Positions 26,890-36,583 of a DNA stretch of 64,000 nt are shown here, piece by piece. The stretch's first letter is position 1, and the number at the start of each line of letters is the position of its first letter. Source of the DNA: Fumia sp. (GTDB lineage Bacteria; Bacillota; Clostridia; Oscillospirales; Ruminococcaceae); NCBI GenBank assembly GCA_045615345.1, contig JAZLER010000016.1, forward strand, positions 17,981-81,980, read 5' to 3'. Below the pieces are notes generated by a model. It was not told the DNA's origin. It did no database searches and was given only the letters and a program-made list of their open reading frames with translations. The position numbers and the translations under genes were made by a program.

Positions 26890-28008
26890 ATGGTTAAGAT
26901 TTCTTTTGTAGGAGATATGCTTCCAAGTGGCAGAATAAATAAAATAACAGATGGTGATTACCATTCACTTTTTAAAAATGCCACAAAGCTTAAAAACTGC
27001 GACTATCTGGTGGGAAACTTAGAAACTCCCGTTGCAGGTAAAGAGCTTGAATACACTTACGAGAGATTTTGTTTCAATACGCCTGAATCCTTTCTTGATG
27101 CGATAAAGGATTGTGGGTTTGATATGCTCTGCCTTGCAAACAACCACTGTATGGACAGAGGCGAAGATGGGTTATTACGCACCATAAATAACTGCAAGGA
27201 AAAAGGCTTTGACACAATCGGCGCATACACTTCCTCCGAAGAAAGAAATATACTATTCATCAAGGATTTTGATGGTATCAAGGTAGCATTCATAAACTAT
27301 ACTTACGGCACAAATACCTTTGTACACAACAACTTCCTTGAACACAAGTATATGGTAAACCTCATTCAGCCTGAGGAAACTAAAAAAGGTTCTGTCCATC
27401 TTCTTAATGATTATGAGCAGATTGCAGAGGATGTCGAGCGCATATACATAAAAAAAAGTGAAGAATATGATGCGGTAAGGCCTTATCTTGAACAGCTTGA
27501 AAATGATATAAAATACGCTAAAGAAAACTCCGATTATGTGATTATGCTTTTGCATTGTGGCGGTCAGTATATAGAAAAAGTCGACCCGTATACAATTTTT
27601 ATTGCTGAGAAAATCAAGGAGTTTGGTGCAGATATCATAGTCGGCACCCATCAGCACGTTATCCAGAGTTGTGAACACAAGGATAATTATCTTAAAATTT
27701 TCTGCCTTGGAAATCTTTTTTATGATAACCGCGTGGAAGGTATAAACTACTATTTTGATTCGCCTACATACGATGCTGTTTTCCACTTAGAGCTTTCCAA
27801 AGACAAAAACGGAAAAGTTAAGGATAAAAAAAGCTTCAGCATCTATACAACGGCGTTTGACGAAAAGGGTCTTCCTACTGTTTTAGACAGCTATGATGTA
27901 CATAAAATCAATAATGAAACCTATGTAAGACAGGAAATCCTGCGTTACGCAAACCTCTTTGCCGGAGAAGAAAAATACAAAGAAGTCAAAGAAGAATATG
28001 AATTGTAA
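26890..28008 (+). CDS. CapA/PgsA-family metallophosphatase-fold protein
   Basis: VGDML, GNLETP, ANNHCMD, LHCG, GTHQHV, LGNL. Confidence 0.9.
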   Translation: MVKISFVGDMLPSGRINKITDGDYHSLFKNATKLKNCDYLVGNLETPVAGKELEYTYERFCFNTPESFLDAIKDCGFDMLCLANNHCMDRGEDGLLRTINNCKEKGFDTIGAYTSSEERNILFIKDFDGIKVAFINYTYGTNTFVHNNFLEHKYMVNLIQPEETKKGSVHLLNDYEQIAEDVERIYIKKSEEYDAVRPYLEQLENDIKYAKENSDYVIMLLHCGGQYIEKVDPYTIFIAEKIKEFGADIIVGTHQHVIQSCEHKDNYLKIFCLGNLFYDNRVEGINYYFDSPTYDAVFHLELSKDKNGKVKDKKSFSIYTTAFDEKGLPTVLDSYDVHKINNETYVRQEILRYANLFAGEEKYKEVKEEYEL

Positions 28009-28038
28009 CAAAAACCGAGGGTTTCCCCTCGGTTTTTG
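28009..28038. terminator. Bidirectional intrinsic terminator
   Basis: caaaaaccgaggg-tttc-ccctcggtttttg. Confidence 0.85.
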
Positions 28039-28797
28039 TTAGTTAAATATCCATTCTAAAACTTTCTCGATGTGATAATCCCAGAATTCCCAAGTATGAC
28101 CACCTTCGGACTCAAAATAGGAAAAATCAAAATCCAATGACTGCATTTTCTCCTTGAACCTTACAATATCCTGATACATAAAATCATCATAACCTGTCGC
28201 CATATAGACACGGGGTTTTAACTTTTTCTTATTGCATTCCTCCGAGAGGAAGAAAAGGTCCTCACTTTCAGGGACTGTGAGCTCTTCGCCTAAAATCGGT
28301 ACCATTGTAGCCAAATCAAAATCTTCTCTTAAAAGATTTGTAACAGGCGAAAGACCTGCCACCGCAGAAAACTTATCATTTTCCCTGAATGCAATTTTCA
28401 AAGCACCATATCCGCCCATTGAAAGACCCGCGATAAAATTATCTTCGCGTTTATCCGAAACATTGAAAAACTGCGAAACAATTTTCGGAAGTTCCTTTGC
28501 AATATAAGTGTAGTATTGCTGTCCATATTTCATATCGGTATAAAAACTTCTCGCACCTGACGGCATTACGACACAAATCCCGTGTCGGTTTGCATATCTT
28601 TCTATTGATGTACGGCGAAGCCATATGGAATAATCGTCACTCAGTCCGTGCAAAAGGTAAAGGCATTTGAATTTTTCATCAGTTGCCTTTGTTTTAATTC
28701 CGATTTCCCCCACAGTGCTTTTTTGTGGGATTACAACATAAATTTCCGTCTGCATTCCAAGAGATTCACTGTAAAACTTTAAATTTGCAAGTGCCAT
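28039..28797 (-). CDS. Alpha/beta-hydrolase esterase (tributyrin esterase/S-formylglutathione-hydrolase-like)
   Basis: LLHGLSD, AGLSMGGYGA, D, GGHTWEFW. Confidence 0.9.
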   Translation of the reverse strand: MALANLKFYSESLGMQTEIYVVIPQKSTVGEIGIKTKATDEKFKCLYLLHGLSDDYSIWLRRTSIERYANRHGICVVMPSGARSFYTDMKYGQQYYTYIAKELPKIVSQFFNVSDKREDNFIAGLSMGGYGALKIAFRENDKFSAVAGLSPVTNLLREDFDLATMVPILGEELTVPESEDLFFLSEECNKKKLKPRVYMATGYDDFMYQDIVRFKEKMQSLDFDFSYFESEGGHTWEFWDYHIEKVLEWIFN

Positions 28798-28856
28798 TTT
28801 TTCACCTCAAAAAATAAATCCGTTTTATAGGACAGTAAATGTTATATACTTAAATC

Positions 28857-29001
28857 ACAGGCAAAAAAGGTTTTTGTTTTCTACCAACTTTCCTTTTACC
28901 ATCCAAGTTTTTTGTTTTTACTTTTTTGCCTGTCGTTTGTTTTTCATTTTTAATTTTCCTTTCGCAAAACTGACGGTGTAGTTCCTACGCCGTCAGTTTT
29001 G
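28857..29001 (+). ncRNA. Candidate small RNA with pyrimidine-rich anti-SD loops
   Basis: -10 TATACT at 28845; 13-bp stem 28857-28869/28921-28933; two UUCCUUU motifs; terminator 28965-29001 with G-U favouring the + strand. Confidence 0.45.
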
Positions 29002-30178
29002 TTTCAAACAAAGTTACATTATAAATATTATCTTTGCCCGAGCATACAAAGGCAAAAATTACTGCTATCAGGAAAAATCCGCCATCGGCTATTCCAAACA
29101 TCTCAAAGCACAAAAACAAAGTTGCCAGCGGACAGTTTGTAACAGAAGCAAACAAAGCACCCATTCCGACAGCCGTACCAAGCAACGGGTCAAGCCCAAG
29201 AATAAGAGAAGCAGTAGTACCAAAAGTAGCGCCCACGCAAAAAGTAGGGATAATTTCGCCACCCTTAAAGCCTGCCCCGACTGTCAGGACAGTGAAAAGC
29301 ATCTTGAGCAAAAAGTCATAATAATTTATCTTTCCACACTCGAAAGCCCTTAAAATAAGTTCCATACCACTTCCGTTGTAGTCCATATTACCGACCAGAA
29401 CAGTCATAGCAATTATAATCACTGCACCAACCACAGCACAAAGCATATCATTTTTAAAAAGGCGTTTAAAAATATGTGAGCCTATGTGCAGACTTCTGCA
29501 AAAAACAGCGCCCACTATTCCACAGAGAATGGATATAACAAGTACCTTCCAGAGGTTTGAAAACTCAAAAAAAGTTATCGTGGGTACAGTAAATCTTTCA
29601 GGCTCGGCACCTAAAAATAAAGCTGTAAAAAACGCTGTAAAGCTTGATATTAAAGCAGGGACAATTCCCGTGTAGTAGTCTTTTTTGCGAACTACCTCAA
29701 CTGCAAAAATTGCGGCCCCTAAGGGTGTACCGAAAACAGCAGAAAAACACGCCGCCATTCCCGAAAGGGTTAAAAATCTTCTTTCTTTGTCCGAAAGCTT
29801 GAAAGTATCAGAACAAAAACTTGCTATACTTCCGCCCATCTGTAAAGCAGCACCCTCACGCCCTGCCGAACCACCACAGAGGTGGGTAAGACAGGATGCC
29901 AGAAACACTGCAGGAGTAAGAAGTTTTGATACTTTATATTCGCCTCTTACGCCCTCAAAAATATGTACTGTACCGACACCTTTTACCTTTAAAGCCTTGT
30001 ATAAAAGTACTGTAAGTACACCCGCTACTGGCAAGAGGAGCAAAACCCATTTATGTTCTCCCCTGAATTCTGTCACAAAGGAAATTGCCTTTGAAAACCC
30101 AAATCCAATAACACCGCAAAAGATGCCGAGAACTATTGAAGCAATGCCGAATTTTAAGATATTTGCAAATTTTTTCAT
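28985..30178 (-). CDS. ClC/EriC-family chloride (halide) channel/antiporter
   Basis: GSAGREGAA, FGTPL.AA.F..E, GFKGGEIIP, TNCPL. Confidence 0.9.
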   Translation of the reverse strand: MKKFANILKFGIASIVLGIFCGVIGFGFSKAISFVTEFRGEHKWVLLLLPVAGVLTVLLYKALKVKGVGTVHIFEGVRGEYKVSKLLTPAVFLASCLTHLCGGSAGREGAALQMGGSIASFCSDTFKLSDKERRFLTLSGMAACFSAVFGTPLGAAIFAVEVVRKKDYYTGIVPALISSFTAFFTALFLGAEPERFTVPTITFFEFSNLWKVLVISILCGIVGAVFCRSLHIGSHIFKRLFKNDMLCAVVGAVIIIAMTVLVGNMDYNGSGMELILRAFECGKINYYDFLLKMLFTVLTVGAGFKGGEIIPTFCVGATFGTTASLILGLDPLLGTAVGMGALFASVTNCPLATLFLCFEMFGIADGGFFLIAVIFAFVCSGKDNIYNVTLFETKLTA

Positions 30179-31812
30179 ATCAGTTTTTTGATCTCCTCAT
30201 TAACCCACTCACGCAAATTAAGAATATACTCCGAATTTCTGGGGTAAACTCCAAAATACTCAATTTCTTCAAGCTTTTTGAGTACTTCTTCTCTGCCAAT
30301 ATAGTTTTCAAGCAATTTCAAAGCGCGTAAATCCTGTAAAGCTTCGTTGAACACATAAATTCTTAACGACTCAACAACCTCATTTTTTTCATCAATCGGA
30401 TAGACAAGATACGCATCGCCTGACGGAAATGCAAAGTCCGCTGTGGTATTTGCATACGGGTCAATAGCCCTTACTGCGTGCTGAGAAAACCAGAAATTGT
30501 AACCCCACTGCAAAAAACCTTTGATATCATATTTGTAAAGCTGATAGCCTAAAATTCTGTTGCGGTAAGAAGGCATCGCCATATAGCGGTTTGTAACACC
30601 CAGGTTCTGGGCACAGCAGTAGTAAGCCCAAAGACCCGGCACACCGCTGTCAATAAAGGGGTTGATATGGTCAATACCGACAATGGGCTTAGAAACGATA
30701 CCCATCTGATAAAACTCAAAGTTTGAAAGAGCATCAATGATTTTGTCAGCCGGGATATGGTTATCCAAAATCGCTTTTACCCTCTTGTACTGCTCGGCAT
30801 TTTTCAAAACAGGCTCGTCAGAAACATGGAAATAGCAGTTTTCGTAAACACCTTTTTCTTTTAAAAACGCCACAAGCTTTACAAGGAAAGTGTCAAGGAA
30901 GTTTTTGTATTCATCGGATAAAGCATCGGTTTCCCAACCAAAAATTCTTTTGTATTCGCCGTCAACCGTTGCCATAATTTTCGGGGCATGGTTTGCACCC
31001 CACTGAGTGAAAAGATGCGAAATTTCAAAATACTTAATACCTTTTTCAATACAAAGGTCGATAAATCTGCCAAGCTCTTTAAAGCAAAACTCATATCCAC
31101 CGTTTGCCAGAGTAACCGAAACGAGCTGATTTGTAAGTCGTTCACTACCGATTTTTGTATCAAGCGGCGGAGTGAAAACAGGGGTTAAAATCATATTGTG
31201 ACCGAATTTCACATAGGTTTCAAGATACTTTTCAAAAACCTCATAATATTCATCGGACAAAATTTCGACATTATGGTGTACAGCTAAAGAATCGCCGTGA
31301 AACCAGCCTGTGTTAATAAGCTCCTGAGAGGGTAACTCGCAGTCAATAATAGTTGCAGTAACCGAAATTTCACTGACAACATTTCCTTCATAAGAAAACT
31401 TAAAGGTTATGGGGTATTCTCCGAAAATTTCACCTTTCGGCTCAACAGTTACCCAGAATGCGGCATTACGATGGTTTCGCACTGCCACCTCATCGCAGTT
31501 TATTATAAAAAGTGGGTCAGGGTAAAGTCCCGGTTCCTTGCTGAGAAAATCGTCATCACATTCGTGAATAAAACACGGCATATCCGAGGGAACATAGCCT
31601 ACCTCTCTCACCTTTATATATTCTTTGAGGGGTGAGTCAATTTCAAGCTTCAGCCACATCTTACATGCGTACAAATCCTCATCTACTTCACCTGCAAGCT
31701 GAAAGGAAAATATTTCGTTTTTGAAAAGTGAAAACTCTTTTAACTCTCTTGCATTTACAGGCTTGTCGAGAAAAACCTTCTCCAGACTGCTTATCGCTTT
31801 AAAATTATACAT
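30175..31812 (-). CDS. DUF4091-domain putative glycoside hydrolase
   Basis: PGLYPDPL, SHLFTQWGA, SDEP, WAYYCC, GFLQWGYNFW, FPSGD..LVYP, SLR...E..QD. Confidence 0.75.
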   Translation of the reverse strand: MYNFKAISSLEKVFLDKPVNARELKEFSLFKNEIFSFQLAGEVDEDLYACKMWLKLEIDSPLKEYIKVREVGYVPSDMPCFIHECDDDFLSKEPGLYPDPLFIINCDEVAVRNHRNAAFWVTVEPKGEIFGEYPITFKFSYEGNVVSEISVTATIIDCELPSQELINTGWFHGDSLAVHHNVEILSDEYYEVFEKYLETYVKFGHNMILTPVFTPPLDTKIGSERLTNQLVSVTLANGGYEFCFKELGRFIDLCIEKGIKYFEISHLFTQWGANHAPKIMATVDGEYKRIFGWETDALSDEYKNFLDTFLVKLVAFLKEKGVYENCYFHVSDEPVLKNAEQYKRVKAILDNHIPADKIIDALSNFEFYQMGIVSKPIVGIDHINPFIDSGVPGLWAYYCCAQNLGVTNRYMAMPSYRNRILGYQLYKYDIKGFLQWGYNFWFSQHAVRAIDPYANTTADFAFPSGDAYLVYPIDEKNEVVESLRIYVFNEALQDLRALKLLENYIGREEVLKKLEEIEYFGVYPRNSEYILNLREWVNEEIKKLI

Positions 31813-34198
31813 TGTCAATTTCCTCCGCGTATCTTACTGTTTCCATGGCATCTTTTGCATATTTGTCCGCACCGATTTCATTTGCATACTCTTTTGTAAG
31901 TACTGCACCACCGACAACTACTTTACAAAAAGGTGCTTTTTCTCTTAAAAGTTTAATTGTTTCTTCCATCGCAGGTACTGTGGTCGTCATAAGTGCCGAC
32001 AGTCCCACCAATGGTGATTTCGTTTCGAGCACTTTTTCCGTTATCGTTTCAGGAGCTACATCCTTGCCTAAATCTATAACATCAAAGCCATAGTTTTGCA
32101 AAAGAAGTTTTACGATATTCTTTCCGATATCGTGAATATCACCCTTGACAGTTGCAATAACAACAGTAATCCTTTCAGATGCTTTTTCTTTCGGCATACT
32201 GCATTTTATCTGCTCGAAAGCAAATTTCGCAGCCTCGGCACTCATTAAAAGCTGTGGGAGAAAAACCTTGTTCTGTTCAAAACCAACACCCACCTCGTTA
32301 AGGGCAGGAATAATTTCATTCTGCACGATATCAAGTGGATTTACCGTTTCAAGAAGTTTCTTTGTAAGCTCGGAAGCTTTATCCTTAAGCCCTTTAATGA
32401 TAGCTTTCTGCAGCTCCGATTTGAAATCTTTCAAAGTGAAGTTTTCAGTGTTTATAGCAGTCACTGTTTCCGAAATGCTTTCTGCAAAATTTATATAGTT
32501 TTCGCAGTTTTCATCCATTCCGTTTAACGCCTTATAAGCATAAAAACTCTTCATCATATCGGCAGAATAAGGGTTCATAATCGCCGCAGAAAGTCCCTGA
32601 TTTAACGCCATTGTAAAGAAGTTACTGTTTATAATCTCGCGCTTGGGAAGTCCAAAAGACACATTTGAAACACCGAGTGATGTGTGACAATTAAGTTCTT
32701 CTCTTATAATCTTAACGGCTTTCAGGGTTTCCTTTGCGGAATTTTTATCAGCGCTTATTGTAAGCGCCAACGGGTCAAAAATAATATCCTTTTTATCAAT
32801 ACCGAATTCTTTTGCCTTTGCTAAAATCTTCTTTGCGATTTCAACTCTGCCTTCGGCAGTTTCGGGGATACCATTTTCATCAAGGGTGAGCGCCACTATA
32901 ACTCCACCATATTTTTTAGCAAGGGGGAAAACAGCATTCATACTTTCTTCCTTGCCGTTTACGGAGTTTATCATAGCCTTTCCGTTATAGTAACGCAAAG
33001 CTTTTTCCATCGCCACTATATCGGAAGTATCAATCTGCAACGGCAAATCAATAATCGCCTGAAGCTCCGTAACAGCAGTTTTCAGCATACTTACTTCGTC
33101 AATTTCGGGAAGTCCCACATTGACATCTAAAATATCGACACCCTTTTCCTGCTGAGAGATGCCTTCGTTTAAGATATAATCGATATCGTTTTCCTTTAAA
33201 GCTTGCTTAAAGCGTTTCTTACCCGTGGGGTTTATCCTCTCACCGATAAGAATGGGAGCATCTTTAAAATCAACGGCTCTCGTATAAGAAGAAACCATTG
33301 TTATATCTTTCTTTGTCACGGGCAAAGGCTTTATATCCTTTGTCTTTTCTACCGTCTTTTTGATATATTCGGGAGTTGTACCACAGCAACCACCAACAAT
33401 CAGAACACCTTCGCTGACTAAAGTTTTCACCTCATCGGAAAATTCCTCAGCCGATACATCGTAAACCGTTTCGCCGTTTACAACTTTCGGAAGTCCTGCG
33501 TTGGGTTTTAAAATAACGGGGACAGTCGCATATTTAAGATACTCGCGTGTTACAAAGCTTAAATCTTTCGGTCCGAGTGAACAGTTAAGACCTATTGCAT
33601 CAGCACCCATACCCTCTAAAAGTGCCACCATACTTTTCGGTGAAGCACCCGTCATAAGGGTGTTTTCCTCGTTATATGCATTTGACACAAAAACAGGGAG
33701 TGAAGTATTTTCCTTTACAGCGAGTAGTGCCGCTTTTGTTTCGTAACTGTCGTTCATTGTCTGGATAAAGATGATTTCAGCACCATATTTTTCAGCAAGG
33801 CGTACTGTTTTTGCAAAAACAGAAACTGCTTCCTCAAACTGAAAATCGCCGTATGGAGCAAGCATTCTGCCTAAAGGTCCTATATCTAAAGCCACCCATT
33901 TTCTTTGAGTGCCGATACTTTCATCTCTTGCTTTTTTGACATTCTCCATTGCGGCTTTGATGATATTTTCGAGTTCTTCATCCGAAAACTTCAAGGAGTT
34001 TGCACCGAAAGTGTTGGCACTTACAACATTACTTCCTGCATCATAATAATCCCTGTGAATTTTCACAAGCACCTCGGGATGGGTTATATTCCATCTTTCG
34101 GGAAGCTCACCGGGAGTAAGCCCTGCTTTTTGAAGCAAGGTTCCCGTACCACCGTCAAGATATAAAATATTGTTTTTGATGTAATCTAAAACGTTCAT
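31805..34198 (-). CDS. metH: Cobalamin-dependent methionine synthase, split form (Hcy, pterin and B12 domains)
   Basis: LDGG.GT, LNCS.GP, PNAGLP, GGCCGT, IGERIN, GDIHDIGKN, SALMTTT. Confidence 0.95.
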   Translation of the reverse strand: MNVLDYIKNNILYLDGGTGTLLQKAGLTPGELPERWNITHPEVLVKIHRDYYDAGSNVVSANTFGANSLKFSDEELENIIKAAMENVKKARDESIGTQRKWVALDIGPLGRMLAPYGDFQFEEAVSVFAKTVRLAEKYGAEIIFIQTMNDSYETKAALLAVKENTSLPVFVSNAYNEENTLMTGASPKSMVALLEGMGADAIGLNCSLGPKDLSFVTREYLKYATVPVILKPNAGLPKVVNGETVYDVSAEEFSDEVKTLVSEGVLIVGGCCGTTPEYIKKTVEKTKDIKPLPVTKKDITMVSSYTRAVDFKDAPILIGERINPTGKKRFKQALKENDIDYILNEGISQQEKGVDILDVNVGLPEIDEVSMLKTAVTELQAIIDLPLQIDTSDIVAMEKALRYYNGKAMINSVNGKEESMNAVFPLAKKYGGVIVALTLDENGIPETAEGRVEIAKKILAKAKEFGIDKKDIIFDPLALTISADKNSAKETLKAVKIIREELNCHTSLGVSNVSFGLPKREIINSNFFTMALNQGLSAAIMNPYSADMMKSFYAYKALNGMDENCENYINFAESISETVTAINTENFTLKDFKSELQKAIIKGLKDKASELTKKLLETVNPLDIVQNEIIPALNEVGVGFEQNKVFLPQLLMSAEAAKFAFEQIKCSMPKEKASERITVVIATVKGDIHDIGKNIVKLLLQNYGFDVIDLGKDVAPETITEKVLETKSPLVGLSALMTTTVPAMEETIKLLREKAPFCKVVVGGAVLTKEYANEIGADKYAKDAMETVRYAEEIDNV

Positions 34199-34803
34199 TG
34201 TTCTCTCCTGAATAAACAATTTTTATTTTCGCAGATTTCACAGCCCTGTTTTTCGTCACATTCTTTGTTGGTAATACCCACAATCGCCGTTACCGATTTT
34301 GAGGGTGACATAAGAAGGCTTTCGTTTAATGTAAGTCCTATTTTCTTCGGACAATCAAGCACTTTGAAAATCTCTTTTTGAAACTCAAGGGGCAAATCTC
34401 CGTACCCGGGGCTGAAACGAGGCTTTGTAAAGTGATTTACTTTACAGCAAAATTCATCACACACTCTCTCAATTTCTGCAGTTCCGATAGCTTCAAAAAG
34501 CACTGCCTTAGCAGGTGACACCTTTGAATACTTTAAAAGCAATCTGTCGTACTGAGCACCCAAAGTTGCCGCAAAGATAATCACCTTTTTGCACCCATTG
34601 AGGTTTTTTAAAAGGTTTTCTGACCAAACCTTTCCGAAAGGAAACTCAATACAGTCTGTCAGCTTAACCTCAAATTCATTGTAGCAAAGCTTCGGCTTTA
34701 TAAAGCTTTCTGCTTCCTTGATGCATTCGTCCAAAAGCGCCATAATTTCCTCGGTTGACTCTTTAACCCCTGCATATCTTAAAACTTCATTTTTATTAAT
34801 CAT
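34195..34803 (-). CDS. Methionine synthase reactivation (SAM-binding) domain protein
   Basis: RFSPGYGD, IGLTL.ESLLM.P.KSVTA; sits between metF and metH. Confidence 0.9.
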   Translation of the reverse strand: MINKNEVLRYAGVKESTEEIMALLDECIKEAESFIKPKLCYNEFEVKLTDCIEFPFGKVWSENLLKNLNGCKKVIIFAATLGAQYDRLLLKYSKVSPAKAVLFEAIGTAEIERVCDEFCCKVNHFTKPRFSPGYGDLPLEFQKEIFKVLDCPKKIGLTLNESLLMSPSKSVTAIVGITNKECDEKQGCEICENKNCLFRREQ

Positions 34804-35675
34804 ACCAAAATACTCGAAAGATTTTCTAAAATCTTTTCTGCAACATCGGGTTTGTTCATAGAATAAACGTGGACATTTTTTATACCGTTTGCAAAAAGGT
34901 CGATAATCTGGTCTGTGGCATAAATAATACCTGCCTGCTTCATAGCATCGGGAGAAGAACCAAACTTATCAACAAGGCTTTTAAAACGCTGAGGCATAAA
35001 CGAGCCCGAAAGTTTCACTGCCCTTTCCACCTGATTTGCATTTGTAATAGGCATAACACCTGGGATAACGGGAACCACTATCCCCTCTTCCCTTATCTTG
35101 TAAAGGAAATTATATAAAAGGTTATTATCAAAAAACATCTGGGTTGTTAAAAACGAAACCCCTGCCTCAACCTTTTCTTTCAAATGCTTTATATCCTCTT
35201 TCTGGTCACGGCTTTCAGGATGAATTTCAGGATAGCACGCAGCCCCGATACAGAAATTTTTGTCAATGCTCTTTATGTCCCTTATAAGGTCAATGGCATA
35301 ACGATAATCCCATTTACTGCGGTCAGTTTCCATAAGCTCGGGGGTTAAATCGCCACGGAGAGCCATAATGTTCTCAATACCTGCTTCTTTGATTTCACCG
35401 ATTTTATTTTTAACTGTTTCCTTGCTTGAAGAAACGCAGGTCAAGTGTGCTAAAGTCGGCACACCATAGGATTTCTTTATGTTCTTTGCAATCTCGAGGG
35501 TGTATTTGCTCGTACCCCCGCCTGCACCATAAGTAACACTCATAAAGGAGGGTTTAAGCTTTGCGATTTCCTCGGTTGCGTGTTTTACACTTTCAAAATT
35601 ACTGTCGGTTTTGGGAGGAAAAACCTCAAATGAAAGGGATAATTTATCCGCTTTAAAAATCTCAGTCAGTTTCAT
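34800..35675 (-). CDS. metF: 5,10-methylenetetrahydrofolate reductase
   Basis: SFEVFPPK, SVTYGAGG, AHLTC, ALRGD, YPE.HPE, TQMFFD. Confidence 0.95.
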   Translation of the reverse strand: MKLTEIFKADKLSLSFEVFPPKTDSNFESVKHATEEIAKLKPSFMSVTYGAGGGTSKYTLEIAKNIKKSYGVPTLAHLTCVSSSKETVKNKIGEIKEAGIENIMALRGDLTPELMETDRSKWDYRYAIDLIRDIKSIDKNFCIGAACYPEIHPESRDQKEDIKHLKEKVEAGVSFLTTQMFFDNNLLYNFLYKIREEGIVVPVIPGVMPITNANQVERAVKLSGSFMPQRFKSLVDKFGSSPDAMKQAGIIYATDQIIDLFANGIKNVHVYSMNKPDVAEKILENLSSILV

Positions 35676-36228
35676 TTTTTATCTCCTCAAATTTACTCTT
35701 TATCTTCTTTAAGTCCTCATATGCATTGCGCTTTTTGGAAGGGTCACGCAAAAGTGCAGAGGGGTGATATGTAGCAATCATATGATACCCTTTTCTTTCA
35801 AACCATATGCCATGCTCTTTTGTTATTCTGAATTCGGGGTTTATAAGGGTCTGTGCCGCAATACGCCCTAAACACACGATAATTTTCGGCTTTATAAGCA
35901 AGGTCTGATATCTTAAAAATGGCATACACGCCTGCTTTTCATCTTCTTCGGGGTCACGGTTATATGGTGGACGGCATTTTACAATGTTACCAATATACAC
36001 ATCATCAAGGGTAAGGTCAATAGCTTTTAGCATTTTGTCAAGAAGCTGTCCTGCGGCCCCAACAAAAGGTAAACCCTGAATATCCTCCTGTTCACCGGGG
36101 CCCTCGCCGACAAACAAAATATCGGCGTTTTTGTTTCCTTTTCCGATAACCACGTTCTTACGCGTTGAGTAAAGTTTACATCTTTTACAGCCAAGACAGG
36201 CATTTTCGAGTGTTTCCCACGAACGCAA
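35662..36228 (-). CDS. Uracil-DNA glycosylase family 4 (Fe-S)
   Basis: CxxC, VGEGPG..ED..G.PFVG, VKCRPP.NR.P, YHPS. Confidence 0.95.
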   Translation of the reverse strand: MRSWETLENACLGCKRCKLYSTRKNVVIGKGNKNADILFVGEGPGEQEDIQGLPFVGAAGQLLDKMLKAIDLTLDDVYIGNIVKCRPPYNRDPEEDEKQACMPFLRYQTLLIKPKIIVCLGRIAAQTLINPEFRITKEHGIWFERKGYHMIATYHPSALLRDPSKKRNAYEDLKKIKSKFEEIKNETD

Positions 36229-36262
36229 GTTATCATCTCCTCACAAAACTATTCTAATTTAC

Positions 36263-36291
36263 ATTTTACTCCTTTTTTCTCAGCATTTCAA
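36263..36291 (-). promoter_or_regulatory. Sigma-A promoter of the udg-met operon
   Basis: TTGAAA-17-TAAAAT on minus strand. Confidence 0.65.
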
Positions 36292-36318
36292 CAGTTATTT
36301 AAAAAAACCGTGTAGCTT

Positions 36319-36538
36319 TGCGTGTTGTCACCAGTCAACACGCATCGAGATAAATTCCTTTCGGAATTTTCGATATACAACAAGTTGTTCGATATGTGCA
36401 TTCGCACTTGATATGTTTGCTATGCAAACAAGAATTTATCTCATATTGAATTACTTTTAATGATATCCATCATAAAAAGTAATATATCGAGTTTGAATAT
36501 AATGAAAACATATAGAGTCAACAAAGTTGACATATAGA
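36319..36538. repeat. Structured element B: hairpin + 4x(TCGATAT-like + hairpin) + stem + 4x ATATCGA-like separated by hairpins
   Basis: Direct reading; same architecture as 21424-21624 with a different heptamer. Confidence 0.8.
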
Positions 36539-36574
36539 AAATAGCAAGAGTGAAAACTTTCACTCTTGCTATTT
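36539..36574. terminator. Intrinsic terminator (def operon)
   Basis: aaatagcaagagtgaaa-ac-tttcactcttgctattt. Confidence 0.8.
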
Positions 36575-36583
36575 AAAATTATT

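Noticed and set aside
26890-28008. Poly-gamma-glutamate capsule locus
   Set aside because: Only a CapA-like gene is present, without capB/capC; lone CapA-family genes are common.
36319-36538. Element B as a SAM or cobalamin riboswitch for metF/metH
   Set aside because: No S-box or B12-box consensus seen, and it lies upstream of the predicted udg promoter, so it would not be in the mRNA.
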